From positions 5,902-69,901 of the IMG/VR virus record IMGVR_UViG_3300032323_001720: a stretch of DNA of 64,000 nt. One strand, given 5' to 3'. Under the pieces are notes generated by a model, which was not told where the DNA came from, did not search any database, and saw only the letters and a list, made by a program, of their open reading frames with translations. This stretch comes from a virus. Of this stretch, positions 27,712-37,163 are shown one piece after another (position 1 is the first letter of the stretch; each line of letters begins with the position of its first letter). The position numbers and the translations under genes were made by a program.

Positions 27712-30700
27712 ATGTCAAACACATCAATACAGTTAAAAAAATCAGGCGCAACAGGCAACACACCAACAGGCTTAGCCTTTGGTGAGGTTGCCATTAACTA
27801 CGCCGATGGTAAACTGTATTACAAGAATGCACTGGGTGGAACATCTTACATTTCCAACCAGTTTTCATTCGACACCATCAATGCAAATAACTCACTGATA
27901 CTTGCTACTGGTGTTTCAGATACTCTTTCTTTTGTTGCTGGTAATAATATATCGATCAGTACAAATACCACAACAAAAACAATCACAATTAATTCCACGG
28001 GCACTGCTACAGATCAGTTTGCAAGAGATGTAGCTAACTCAGGATATACACAAGCAAATACCGCAACAAATAATGCGGCTGGTGCTTCTCTATATGCTAA
28101 TGGTGCCTTTGCACAAGCCAATGCTGCATTTAATAAAGCAAATACTTACCCAGGTAATCCAAACCAGATACTATATAAAAATTCTAGTAACGTTCTTACA
28201 AGTAGTTCGGGTTTAGTATATGATGGTGTGAGTATAAAAGTTAATGGTAACCTTGAATCCACTTTTCAGAACGGAGATGAAGGTGGTGAGATATTCCTTA
28301 ACAAATCCGTTACTAACACCACACTCTCAAGTGGTGTAAGCATCGATGTATATCAAAACAGATTAAGAATTTTTGAAACAGGTGGTTCAAATCGTGGTGT
28401 TTACATCGATATGGCTAACGGTGCCGCAAGTGGTATCGGTACCAATCTGTTGTCACCACCTGGTGGATCTGTAACCTCTGTCGCTGGCGCCACAGGTACA
28501 GTTTCAAATACACAGTTAATTGCAGGCATACAAACTGTTTCTTCTTCATACGGAATAACTTTTGATTATGTTGCAACTGCAAATAATGGGCAAGGAACAA
28601 ATTTCAAAGTTGGTGATGATGCATGGATTGGCGACTATAATACCGCAGACTCCTTAAAAATTAAAGGTCAACAAAACGCAGCAAACGGTTATGTTTCTTT
28701 TGGTTCCAACACTTCACAACTTGGTGCAGCAGGTTCAGGCCAATTAACTTACGGCGGCAATATAGTTTGGCACGCTGGTAATGATGGTGCAGGTTCAGGA
28801 TTAGATGCTGATTTGTTGGATGGATTGAATGGTTCCGACTTTGCAAGAGTTTCAGCTGAATCATACGCAAACTCAGCATATACTCAGGCAAATACTGCCA
28901 CAACCAATGCTGCAACAGCAGACAGTAAAGCCGTAACTGCTGGATCTTATGCCAACTCTTCATTTGGTGTAGCAAACTCTGCTGCATTATATGCAAACGC
29001 AGCATTTATTCAAGCGAACGCAGCCTTTATTAAGGCCAATTCGATACCCAGTTCAGCCAACACAGCTAACTCAGCTAATATTGCAGGCGTAGCAGTAAAT
29101 GCAAGAATCACAAACGTAACAACAGGAACTTATTATCCAATTGTTACGGACACAACAATTACTGGTAGTGATACGTTCCATTATTCAAGTAATGACTTCT
29201 TAATGTATGCTGCGAATAATACATTTAAAGCTTCTGGTAACGTTTGGGCTGGGCAATTCCTTGCTGTTGGTACAAATATACCTGTTGTCAATTCTACTGG
29301 TCATTGGGTTGGTCAAACTGTAAATGGCATTGATTCTTTTGCCAGATCAACAGCAAACTCTGCCGCACTTTATGCCAATGGTGCTTTCATACAGGCTAAT
29401 GCTGCTTTCAATAGAGCAAATTCCATTTCAAATATTTCCAATGGAACAAGTAATGTAAACATTGCAACAGCAAATGGTAATGTATTGGTATCAGTTGCAG
29501 GAACCGCAAACATTGCATCATTTAGCAATGTAGGTTTAAGTGTTGGTCTAGGATCGTTATCTAGATCACCAAACGTTGGCGCAGCTAGTCCTTTGTATGT
29601 AGTTAGTAATATAAATTCAACTGCACCACCGATATCTATTCAAAATAGATTTGCTAATGGATACTCTAGTTTAGACATGCATAACTCGTCTAACGTATTC
29701 ATGGGCGCGGTGGGTGCTGCAAATCCTGGCACAACTTTATTAAATAATCGTGTTTATCTTTACAGCGATACTGCAGCATCAGGATTGGGACTTTATGCCA
29801 CAACCGGAAATGTAACTATAAGTGTTTTAGGCAATACTGTAGCAACTGTTACAAATACAGGTGTTATACTTTCTGGCACAAACTTAACAGGTGCCAATAA
29901 CATTTATGCAGGAACAATTATAGCAAACTCAACTCTGAGTATTGCTGGTTCTGGCGGTGACATTACTGGTGCAAATAATATTTTTGCAGGTGTTATCAAT
30001 GTAACCACAGCATCTATAGTTGCAGGTTTCAATGTAATACCATACATTCAAAGTGCATTCACTCAAGCCAATGCGGCTTATGCACAGGCCAATACTGGTG
30101 GCGGAGGCGGCGGTTCAGGTAACGCTTCGTTTATCTTTAGTGGAACAAGTAATGTTTTCTTTGCAACCGCTAACGGAAACATAGTTGCAAATGTGGGTGG
30201 AAACACCATTGCAACAGTGACAAATACCGGCATTCAAATGGCTGGTCTTGAAGGTGATATCTCCGGTGCAAATAATGTATATGCGAATACTTTCATAGCA
30301 AATACTGCTTTGAGTATTGCAGGTTCAGGTGGTAACATTCGTGGTGCAAATAATATTTTCGCCAATGTAATTAATGTAACCACGGCATCTATTGTTGCTG
30401 GCGTTAATGTGGTGCCATATATTCAAAGTGCTTTCGACAAAGCAAACACCGCTGGCGCAGCATCATTTATTTTTAATGGTACAAGTAATGTTTTCTTTGC
30501 AACAGCAAATGGCAATATAGTCGCCAACGTTGGCGGTAATACTATTGCGACAGTCACAAATACCGGCATTCAAATGGCTGGTCTTGAAGGTGACATTTCT
30601 GGTGCAAATAACGTATATGCAAACACATTCATTGCAAACGCAGCCATTTCTATCAGTGGTTCTGGTGGTAATATCCGCGGCGCAAATAACATTTTTGCTA

Positions 30701-31842
30701 ATGTAATTAACGTAACAACTTCTTCAATTGTTGCTGGTGTCAATGTAGTACCATTTATTCAAAGTGCATTCACACAGGCAAACACTGGTGTAAATAATGC
30801 AGCTGGTGCATCACTGTATGCTAACGGTGCTTTTGTGCAAGCCAATGCAGGTTATACACAAGCAAACACTGCTACAAACAATGCAGCTGGTGCTTCTTTA
30901 TATGCCAATGGTGCATTTGTTCAAGCGAACGCAGGATACACTCAAGCCAATACAGCAACGAACAATGCGGCTGGCGCATCGTTGTATGCTAATGGATCTT
31001 TTATACAAGCCAATGCAGCATTCTTGGTTGCAAACACACCAACACATGTAGCAAACTCTGCTGCATTGTATGCAAACGCAGCCTTCATACAAGCTAATGC
31101 TGCTTTTGCTGCAGCAAATTCTGGCGGTGGAGGCGGTGGTGCAGGAACAGATAACGTAGCGAGACAAACGGCTAATGCGGCTTTCATTCAGGCTAATGCT
31201 GCATTTGCAAAAGCCAATGTTGGTGGTGGAGGTTCCGATTTACTAGTCTACACCAATTTGTACACTGCGAATGGTAATACAACAACCTTCAGTTTAAGCA
31301 CAACACCACAAAATATAGATTATACAATAGTAAATATCAATGGTGTTATTCAATTAAAGAATACTTATTCATTGAGTGGAAACACGGTTGTATTATCTGA
31401 AGTTGTTCCAGTAAACACAACCATTGAGATAACTGTTTTTGGTGGCGGAAGCGTTTCAGAATATTATAATCGTTCTTATACTGGTGATAATACAACCACC
31501 ACTTTTGCTGTAACAAGTGGTGTAACAAGTAACAGCATAATTGTTACCGAAAACGGTATCATACAACAACCTGGTGTTGACTACTATGTAAGTGGTTCGA
31601 ATGTTATTTTCACAACAGCACCAAGTTCTACAATAAGTATTGGTATACGCGAGCTTTCACGCGGAGTTTCAAATGGATCAAGTGCAAATGTTGAAGTTGG
31701 ATTTGTTACTCAAAATAAAACTAACATAGATAGTAATGTGACAATAGGTGCTGGTTATAGTGGAGTCAGTGTTGGTCCATTATCTATAGCAAACAATGTG
31801 GTCATCTCAATAGCTGCTGGCCAAAAATGGGTAATTTTATAA
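27712..31842 (+). CDS. Large tail fibre / virion adhesin protein
   Basis: Mtd_N-like start, WHAGNDG.GSGLDADLLDG fibre motif, Ala/Asn repeats, 112-aa tandem duplication, NG.TTTF repeats. Confidence 0.75.
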   Translation: MSNTSIQLKKSGATGNTPTGLAFGEVAINYADGKLYYKNALGGTSYISNQFSFDTINANNSLILATGVSDTLSFVAGNNISISTNTTTKTITINSTGTATDQFARDVANSGYTQANTATNNAAGASLYANGAFAQANAAFNKANTYPGNPNQILYKNSSNVLTSSSGLVYDGVSIKVNGNLESTFQNGDEGGEIFLNKSVTNTTLSSGVSIDVYQNRLRIFETGGSNRGVYIDMANGAASGIGTNLLSPPGGSVTSVAGATGTVSNTQLIAGIQTVSSSYGITFDYVATANNGQGTNFKVGDDAWIGDYNTADSLKIKGQQNAANGYVSFGSNTSQLGAAGSGQLTYGGNIVWHAGNDGAGSGLDADLLDGLNGSDFARVSAESYANSAYTQANTATTNAATADSKAVTAGSYANSSFGVANSAALYANAAFIQANAAFIKANSIPSSANTANSANIAGVAVNARITNVTTGTYYPIVTDTTITGSDTFHYSSNDFLMYAANNTFKASGNVWAGQFLAVGTNIPVVNSTGHWVGQTVNGIDSFARSTANSAALYANGAFIQANAAFNRANSISNISNGTSNVNIATANGNVLVSVAGTANIASFSNVGLSVGLGSLSRSPNVGAASPLYVVSNINSTAPPISIQNRFANGYSSLDMHNSSNVFMGAVGAANPGTTLLNNRVYLYSDTAASGLGLYATTGNVTISVLGNTVATVTNTGVILSGTNLTGANNIYAGTIIANSTLSIAGSGGDITGANNIFAGVINVTTASIVAGFNVIPYIQSAFTQANAAYAQANTGGGGGGSGNASFIFSGTSNVFFATANGNIVANVGGNTIATVTNTGIQMAGLEGDISGANNVYANTFIANTALSIAGSGGNIRGANNIFANVINVTTASIVAGVNVVPYIQSAFDKANTAGAASFIFNGTSNVFFATANGNIVANVGGNTIATVTNTGIQMAGLEGDISGANNVYANTFIANAAISISGSGGNIRGANNIFANVINVTTSSIVAGVNVVPFIQSAFTQANTGVNNAAGASLYANGAFVQANAGYTQANTATNNAAGASLYANGAFVQANAGYTQANTATNNAAGASLYANGSFIQANAAFLVANTPTHVANSAALYANAAFIQANAAFAAANSGGGGGGAGTDNVARQTANAAFIQANAAFAKANVGGGGSDLLVYTNLYTANGNTTTFSLSTTPQNIDYTIVNINGVIQLKNTYSLSGNTVVLSEVVPVNTTIEITVFGGGSVSEYYNRSYTGDNTTTTFAVTSGVTSNSIIVTENGIIQQPGVDYYVSGSNVIFTTAPSSTISIGIRELSRGVSNGSSANVEVGFVTQNKTNIDSNVTIGAGYSGVSVGPLSIANNVVISIAAGQKWVIL

Positions 31843-31871
31843 AATTTGATATTGAAGAAAACGGATAAAAC

Positions 31872-32519
31872 ATGCCAAGTATTATTAACGCATCAGCTGC
31901 ATCAACAGGTCTTTTGCAATCAGCAGACGCCAGTGGTATTCTACAGTTACAGAGTAACGGTACAACAGGATTAACTATAGGAAATACAGCCAATGTTATA
32001 GTCGATACAAATTTGTTTGTGTCGGGATCAGAAGTAGAACCTTTGGTGTTGGGAACAGCACAAGCTACAACTAGTGGTACTAGTAGAGACTTCACCGGTA
32101 TTCCAAGTTGGGTTAAAAGAATTACATTAATGTTTAGTGGAGTTAGTGGCAGTGGAACTTCTCCATTAGTTTGTCAAATAGGGACAACATCAGGCATAAC
32201 AACAACCGGATATTTCAGTGTGTATCAAGGCATCAACACTTCCGGCGGTACCAGTAGCGTTGCAATTTTAACAACATCATTTGGTTTAATGGGTGGATTG
32301 GCTGCCACAGATATTTGTTATGGTAATGTAATATTAAGCACAATGGGTAATAACATTTGGACAATTACTGGAACTGTGGCTCGTGACTCTGCGACAGATG
32401 CAGTCTATATGACTTCGGGTTCAGTTACTCTTAGTGGCATTTTAGATCGTTTGCGTTTCACTTGGTCCAACGGCACAGACACTTTTGATGCTGGCTCAGT
32501 TAATATCATGTACGAATAA
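31872..32519 (+). CDS. Small virion/fibre-tip protein (paralogue of 33483-34025)
   Basis: Shared GTAQA.TSGTS..FTGIPSWVKRIT and TDTFDAGSVNI.YE motifs. Confidence 0.6.
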   Translation: MPSIINASAASTGLLQSADASGILQLQSNGTTGLTIGNTANVIVDTNLFVSGSEVEPLVLGTAQATTSGTSRDFTGIPSWVKRITLMFSGVSGSGTSPLVCQIGTTSGITTTGYFSVYQGINTSGGTSSVAILTTSFGLMGGLAATDICYGNVILSTMGNNIWTITGTVARDSATDAVYMTSGSVTLSGILDRLRFTWSNGTDTFDAGSVNIMYE

Positions 32520-32531
32520 TAGGATTAAATA

Positions 32532-33176
32532 ATGCCATACGGAACATTAGCACTAGACACAATAGAAAGTTCTGGAAACTTATCGATTGCAGGCAACTTA
32601 GCTGTTACTGGAAATTCTGCTGTTACTGGTAATTTAGCCGTCACTGGAAGTTCCTCTGTTACCGGTAACTTTAGAGTTACTGGAAGGTTAAATGCACCAA
32701 ACACAATGATAAGAATTTATCAAGTGGTTAAAACAGATACATTTACTACTGCATCAACATCGTATGCAAACGTTACTGGTCTTTCAATCACTGTTACTCC
32801 ATCAAACGCAAATAGTAGATTTTTACTTATATCCGATTTATCTACAGGACCCAATCCTGGTGCAGGTTCTTTTGCACAGAGATTCGCAAGAGATGGAAAC
32901 GCAATCACTGCATACATAGGTGACGCCGCAAGTACTCGTCCTAGAGCTATGGCAACAGCATATGCAGGAGATACAGCGGGAACTGCTGGGTCAATGAACA
33001 CCACAAAAATGTATCTGGATAGTCCAGCTACGGCGGCAAACGTGACATATACAATCCAAGTTGCAGGATCAACTACCTCACCTGGTTTTATAAACAGATC
33101 ACAAGCGGATAGAGACACTTCTACTTATGATTCTAGAACAGCTTCATCATTTACTATATTTGAAATAGGAGGTTAA
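32532..33176 (+). CDS. Small virion/fibre-associated protein
   Basis: QVV.....T.STSY..VTGLS.T.TP....S....YLDSPAT...TY..Q family pattern; short 12-aa GNLAVTG repeats. Confidence 0.6.
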   Translation: MPYGTLALDTIESSGNLSIAGNLAVTGNSAVTGNLAVTGSSSVTGNFRVTGRLNAPNTMIRIYQVVKTDTFTTASTSYANVTGLSITVTPSNANSRFLLISDLSTGPNPGAGSFAQRFARDGNAITAYIGDAASTRPRAMATAYAGDTAGTAGSMNTTKMYLDSPATAANVTYTIQVAGSTTSPGFINRSQADRDTSTYDSRTASSFTIFEIGG

Positions 33177-33470
33177 ATGATAGACTTAGCAATTTTATCA
33201 CTAAGACCTGGTGCGGAGTGGACATTAAATGGTGACACTTATGAGGGTTTGAATTGGTTAGATGAAACTCAAACAAAACCAACGGCAGAAGAAATTGATG
33301 CAGAGGTATTAAGACTGAAACAAGAATATGAAAATAAAGAATATCAACGTTTGAGACAGAAAGAATATCCTAGTTTTGCGGATCAATTTGATTTATTGTA
33401 TCACGGTGGTTATGATGCATGGAAATCTGCAATAGATTTTGTGAAAAACAAATATCCAAAACCAGAATAA
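33177..33470 (+). CDS. Tail fibre assembly chaperone-like (XkdW-like) protein
   Basis: LRPGAEW, W.D....KPT and Y.R.R..EYP...DQ.D.LYH...K.KYPK motifs. Confidence 0.6.
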   Translation: MIDLAILSLRPGAEWTLNGDTYEGLNWLDETQTKPTAEEIDAEVLRLKQEYENKEYQRLRQKEYPSFADQFDLLYHGGYDAWKSAIDFVKNKYPKPE

Positions 33471-33482
33471 AGTTGAAATAAT

Positions 33483-34025
33483 ATGCCAATTACATTAGAC
33501 GGAACTTTAGGATTAACTTTACCCGGTACTGGAACCGGCGTACAAGTTGGATCGTTAACTTTAGGAACAGCACAAGCTTCGACCAGTGGTACTAGCATAA
33601 ATTTTACTGGAATTCCAAGTTGGGTCAAAAGAATTACAGTAATGATGAATGGTATTTCGACCAACGGAACAAGCGGATATATAGCACAGTTAATAGTGAA
33701 CGGCACTCCGGTTACTAGTGGTTATATTGGAGCAACCGATCTTATGATCTCAGGCGTGGCTCCGGCTGCACACACCATTGGTTTTGGAATATCAGATACT
33801 TCATTTTCTTCATCAGCATTCTTAACACATTGTTGTTTGACATACATTAAATTTTCGGATACTGTATGGAACGGTTCGCTTGCTGGGGGATCCACTAGTT
33901 CTGCCGGTGTTGTAATAGGAGGAGGATATGTGCCGATTTCTGGTACTGTGACCGGCATTCGCATAACTACATTGAACGGAACAGATACCTTTGACGCAGG
34001 TTCAGTTAACATTTTATATGAGTAA
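33483..34025 (+). CDS. Small virion/fibre-tip protein (paralogue of 31872-32519)
   Basis: GIPSWVKRIT and TFDAGSVNILYE shared with the paralogue. Confidence 0.6.
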   Translation: MPITLDGTLGLTLPGTGTGVQVGSLTLGTAQASTSGTSINFTGIPSWVKRITVMMNGISTNGTSGYIAQLIVNGTPVTSGYIGATDLMISGVAPAAHTIGFGISDTSFSSSAFLTHCCLTYIKFSDTVWNGSLAGGSTSSAGVVIGGGYVPISGTVTGIRITTLNGTDTFDAGSVNILYE

Positions 34026-34031
34026 AGAATT

Positions 34032-34919
34032 ATGCCAATCGATATAGGTGCAGGTATCACAATAGAAAGAGGAATAACACTCGAAAACATTATTGTTCGA
34101 GCGTCTTCTATTGAGTATCTTATTGTTGCTGCCGGTGGTGCTGGTGGTTTCAGTCTCAGTAATGCAGGCGGTGGCGGTGGCGGTGCAGGTGGTGTATTAA
34201 CCGGCAATACAAGTGTTGATGGCACAACATATTCTATTGTCATTGGCGCAGGTGGATCAGGATCAAAACCAACACCCACGAATGGAGCCAACAGTTCAGC
34301 ATTCGGAATTACAACTATCGGTGGTGGACGAGGCGGCTCAGACGCAATCCTTCCTGGTAACGGTGGATCAGGCGGTGGCGCGGATGGAAATCAATTTACC
34401 TCAGTGGGTCTTGGTACCGCTGGTCCACCTAGACAAGGTTATGACGGCGGCATCGGCGGAACTGGGGGCGGCGGCCAGCAAGGTGCTGCTGGCGGTGGTG
34501 GTGCCGGAGGAGTTGGTCAAAACCGTAGTAGTGGAAATGCCGGTGCTGGCGGTGTTGGAATTCAAAATAGCATAACAGGAACAAATACATTTTATGGTGG
34601 TGGCGGTGGCGGTGGTGCCTCGGCTAGCCGTGTAGATAGCAACGCAGCAGGAGGATCTGGCGGAGGAGGAACTGGTGGTCAGGGCAACTCACCCACCAGT
34701 GCTCAAGCGGGTACACCCAACACCGGCGGCGGCGGCGGTGGTGGTGGACAAAATTATGCAACCAATACAAACGTTGGTGGCAATGGTGGTTCCGGTGTAG
34801 TGATCATTCGATATCCTTCTTCGTTCCCAGAAGCTGCAACAACAGGTTCACCAACAACAAGCGTTTCTGGTGGATTCAGAATATATACTTTTACTGGTTC
34901 AGGTACAATTACTTTTTAA
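34032..34919 (+). CDS. Glycine-rich domain virion protein
   Basis: EYLIVA.GG.GG, poly-Gly runs and GGSGVVIIRY terminal motif. Confidence 0.7.
   Translation: MPIDIGAGITIERGITLENIIVRASSIEYLIVAAGGAGGFSLSNAGGGGGGAGGVLTGNTSVDGTTYSIVIGAGGSGSKPTPTNGANSSAFGITTIGGGRGGSDAILPGNGGSGGGADGNQFTSVGLGTAGPPRQGYDGGIGGTGGGGQQGAAGGGGAGGVGQNRSSGNAGAGGVGIQNSITGTNTFYGGGGGGGASASRVDSNAAGGSGGGGTGGQGNSPTSAQAGTPNTGGGGGGGGQNYATNTNVGGNGGSGVVIIRYPSSFPEAATTGSPTTSVSGGFRIYTFTGSGTITF
34867..34909 (+). repeat. 43-bp exact direct repeat, copy 1
   Basis: CTGGTGGATTCAGAATATATACTTTTACTGGTTCAGGTACAAT, identical to 36701-36743. Confidence 0.9.
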
Positions 34920-34922
34920 AAA

Positions 34923-35846
34923 ATGCCATTACAATTTGGTGCAGGAATTAATATTGGTCCAGGAATTATAGTCCGATCAAGTTTCTTTTTATACATAAAT
35001 GGTTCGGTGGTACCACTGGCGGGCAATGCGTATGATTTAAATACACCTGGAGAATATACACTAACTGTTAGTGAATCAAAATCCATAACATTTAAGATGT
35101 GGGGAGCAGGCGGCGGCTCAGGTGATGGGCTTGCTGGTTTGGGTGGTTATACCACAGGAACAATGACACTACAACCAAATCAAACTTATATTGTTTGGGT
35201 TGGCGGCGGCGGTAGAAGAAACTCATCATCCACCACAGGTTATGATGGTGGTTTCGGTGGCGGAGGTTTATGTGGCAGAACAGGTAGTGCCAGTTCTTTT
35301 ATTGGATCTGGCGGTGGTTTAACGGGATTGTTTTCTACTAGTGCAACATTAGCAAACAGTATATTGATTGCTGGTGGCGGCGGTGGTTCTGGTGGCGGCG
35401 GCGCAGGCGGTAATGGTGGTGGTACAAATGGTGGTTCTGGAGGAAACAGTGGTAATGGCGGTGGTGGTGTAGGAGGAACACAAAGTTCGGGTGGAAGTGT
35501 GGGAGGCAATGGTCCCGGTTATGTTGCCGGAGGTTCTAATGGTTCAGCTCTAACGGGTGGTCGGGGAGCTACTAATGTCACAACACTTTATTCTGGCGGC
35601 GGTGGCGGTGGTGGTTACTACGGCGGTGGCGGCGGTGGTGGAAATAACTTCGCTGGTGGAGGCGGTGGTGCAGGATCAGGTTATGTAAATACTGGATTAG
35701 TAACTGGAGGCAGCACAAGCAATGCATCTGGTGGAGTTGTACCAAACAATACAGACAGTTATTATAAAAATGCTGCAGGAACAGGATCAGGATCTACAGC
35801 AGGAGACACCGCACCAGCAGGTTTATTTGTATTGATAGCCAATTAA
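34923..35846 (+). CDS. Glycine-rich domain virion protein
   Basis: KMWGAGGG, LIAGGGGG and GGGGGYYGGGGG motifs. Confidence 0.7.
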   Translation: MPLQFGAGINIGPGIIVRSSFFLYINGSVVPLAGNAYDLNTPGEYTLTVSESKSITFKMWGAGGGSGDGLAGLGGYTTGTMTLQPNQTYIVWVGGGGRRNSSSTTGYDGGFGGGGLCGRTGSASSFIGSGGGLTGLFSTSATLANSILIAGGGGGSGGGGAGGNGGGTNGGSGGNSGNGGGGVGGTQSSGGSVGGNGPGYVAGGSNGSALTGGRGATNVTTLYSGGGGGGGYYGGGGGGGNNFAGGGGGAGSGYVNTGLVTGGSTSNASGGVVPNNTDSYYKNAAGTGSGSTAGDTAPAGLFVLIAN

Positions 35847-35868
35847 TATACATCAAAGAGAAAATAAA

Positions 35869-36753
35869 ATGGGAATTAATATAGGCAGAGGAATCAGAAT
35901 TGCAGGCGGATTAAGATTTAACTATCAACCAGATCCAACATACAATCTACCAATTGATTATCTCGTTGTTGCTGGCGGTGGTGGTGGCGCTTACTATGGT
36001 GGCGGTGGTGGTGCCGGCGGTGTTCGTTTTCTATCCAATGTAACTGTAGGCAGTGGTAATACAATAAGTGTTGTTGTCGGTGCCGGCGGCGTGAAGGGAT
36101 CATCAACACAAACTTCAGGTGCTGGAGGAAATTCAGCATTCTTAAATATAACTACTTTTGGTGGTGGATTTGGTGGTCAAAATGCGGGATCAGGAAATGC
36201 ACCGGGTGGTAACGGTGGTTCTGGTGGCGGTGGTTATATCAACTCAAGTGCAGGCGGTATAGGTGTTTATCCGGGTTCTACGTTCATAAGTACCGATAGA
36301 CAAGGTTATAATGGTGCAGCCGGTTCAGCAGGAAACTCAGACTATTCTGGTGGCGGTGGTGGTGCAGGCGCAGCAGGCACATCAGGTAGTACTGGTGCAC
36401 CAGCTGGCGGTAGTGGTAACACATATTCTATAACTGGCACAGCAACAACTTATGGTGGCGGTGGCGGCGGTGGTGGTTGGGTCGGCAATGGCGCCGGCGG
36501 ACTTGGTGGCGGTGGTTCTGGTGGTTTGAATGGAGGAAATGGTTCTCCAAACACAGGCGGTGGCGGTGGTGGTTCCAGATTGGTATCACAAGGCAACACC
36601 ACTGGCGCAGGCACAGGCGGATCAGGTGTAGTCATCATTCGTTATGCAAACACATTCCCGGCTGCAGCAAACACAACAGGTAGTCCAACAGTCACTCAAG
36701 CTGGTGGATTCAGAATATATACTTTTACTGGTTCAGGTACAATCACATTTTAA
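35869..36753 (+). CDS. Glycine-rich domain virion protein (paralogue of 34032-34919)
   Basis: DYLVVAGGGGG, GGSGVVIIRY and an identical C-terminal GGFRIYTFTGSGTITF. Confidence 0.7.
   Translation: MGINIGRGIRIAGGLRFNYQPDPTYNLPIDYLVVAGGGGGAYYGGGGGAGGVRFLSNVTVGSGNTISVVVGAGGVKGSSTQTSGAGGNSAFLNITTFGGGFGGQNAGSGNAPGGNGGSGGGGYINSSAGGIGVYPGSTFISTDRQGYNGAAGSAGNSDYSGGGGGAGAAGTSGSTGAPAGGSGNTYSITGTATTYGGGGGGGGWVGNGAGGLGGGGSGGLNGGNGSPNTGGGGGGSRLVSQGNTTGAGTGGSGVVIIRYANTFPAAANTTGSPTVTQAGGFRIYTFTGSGTITF
36701..36743 (+). repeat. 43-bp exact direct repeat, copy 2
   Basis: Identical to 34867-34909. Confidence 0.9.
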
Positions 36754-36764
36754 GAGGTTAAAGA

Positions 36765-37136
36765 ATGGCACATTTTGCACAATTGGATGAAAATAATATT
36801 GTCACACAAGTAATCGTAGTAAACAACCAAGAATTATTGGATGAAAACAATATCGAGCAAGAAGAAAAAGGTATTGCTTTTTGCCAATCACTTTTGGGTG
36901 GCAATTGGAAACAAACAAGTTACAATGCAAACATTAGAAAAAATTATGCAGGTGCAGGTTACACATACGATGCACAAAGAGATGCTTTCATTCCACCAAA
37001 ACCATTTGAATCTTGGATTTTAGATGAAGATACATGCAGATGGGAAGCACCAACTGCTTATCCAGATGATGGCAAAGCGTATCTATGGAACGAAGAAACT
37101 GTTTCTTGGCAAGAGGTGATCCGAGATCCCGAATAA
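36765..37136 (+). CDS. Conserved hypothetical protein often found next to glycine-rich fibre genes
   Basis: MAHFAQLD, W.QTSYN...RKNYAG.GYTYD...DAFI.P.P..SW motifs. Confidence 0.65.
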   Translation: MAHFAQLDENNIVTQVIVVNNQELLDENNIEQEEKGIAFCQSLLGGNWKQTSYNANIRKNYAGAGYTYDAQRDAFIPPKPFESWILDEDTCRWEAPTAYPDDGKAYLWNEETVSWQEVIRDPE

Positions 37137-37163
37137 ATACTTTATTTAAGAGACACTTAAAAC

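Noticed and set aside
24817-31842. Diversity-generating retroelement suggested by Mtd_N-like domains
   Set aside because: No reverse transcriptase and no template/variable repeat pair differing at adenines in this window.
34032-36753. GGC/GGT runs as microsatellites or foreign high-GC DNA
   Set aside because: They simply encode poly-glycine tracts of the Gly-rich proteins.
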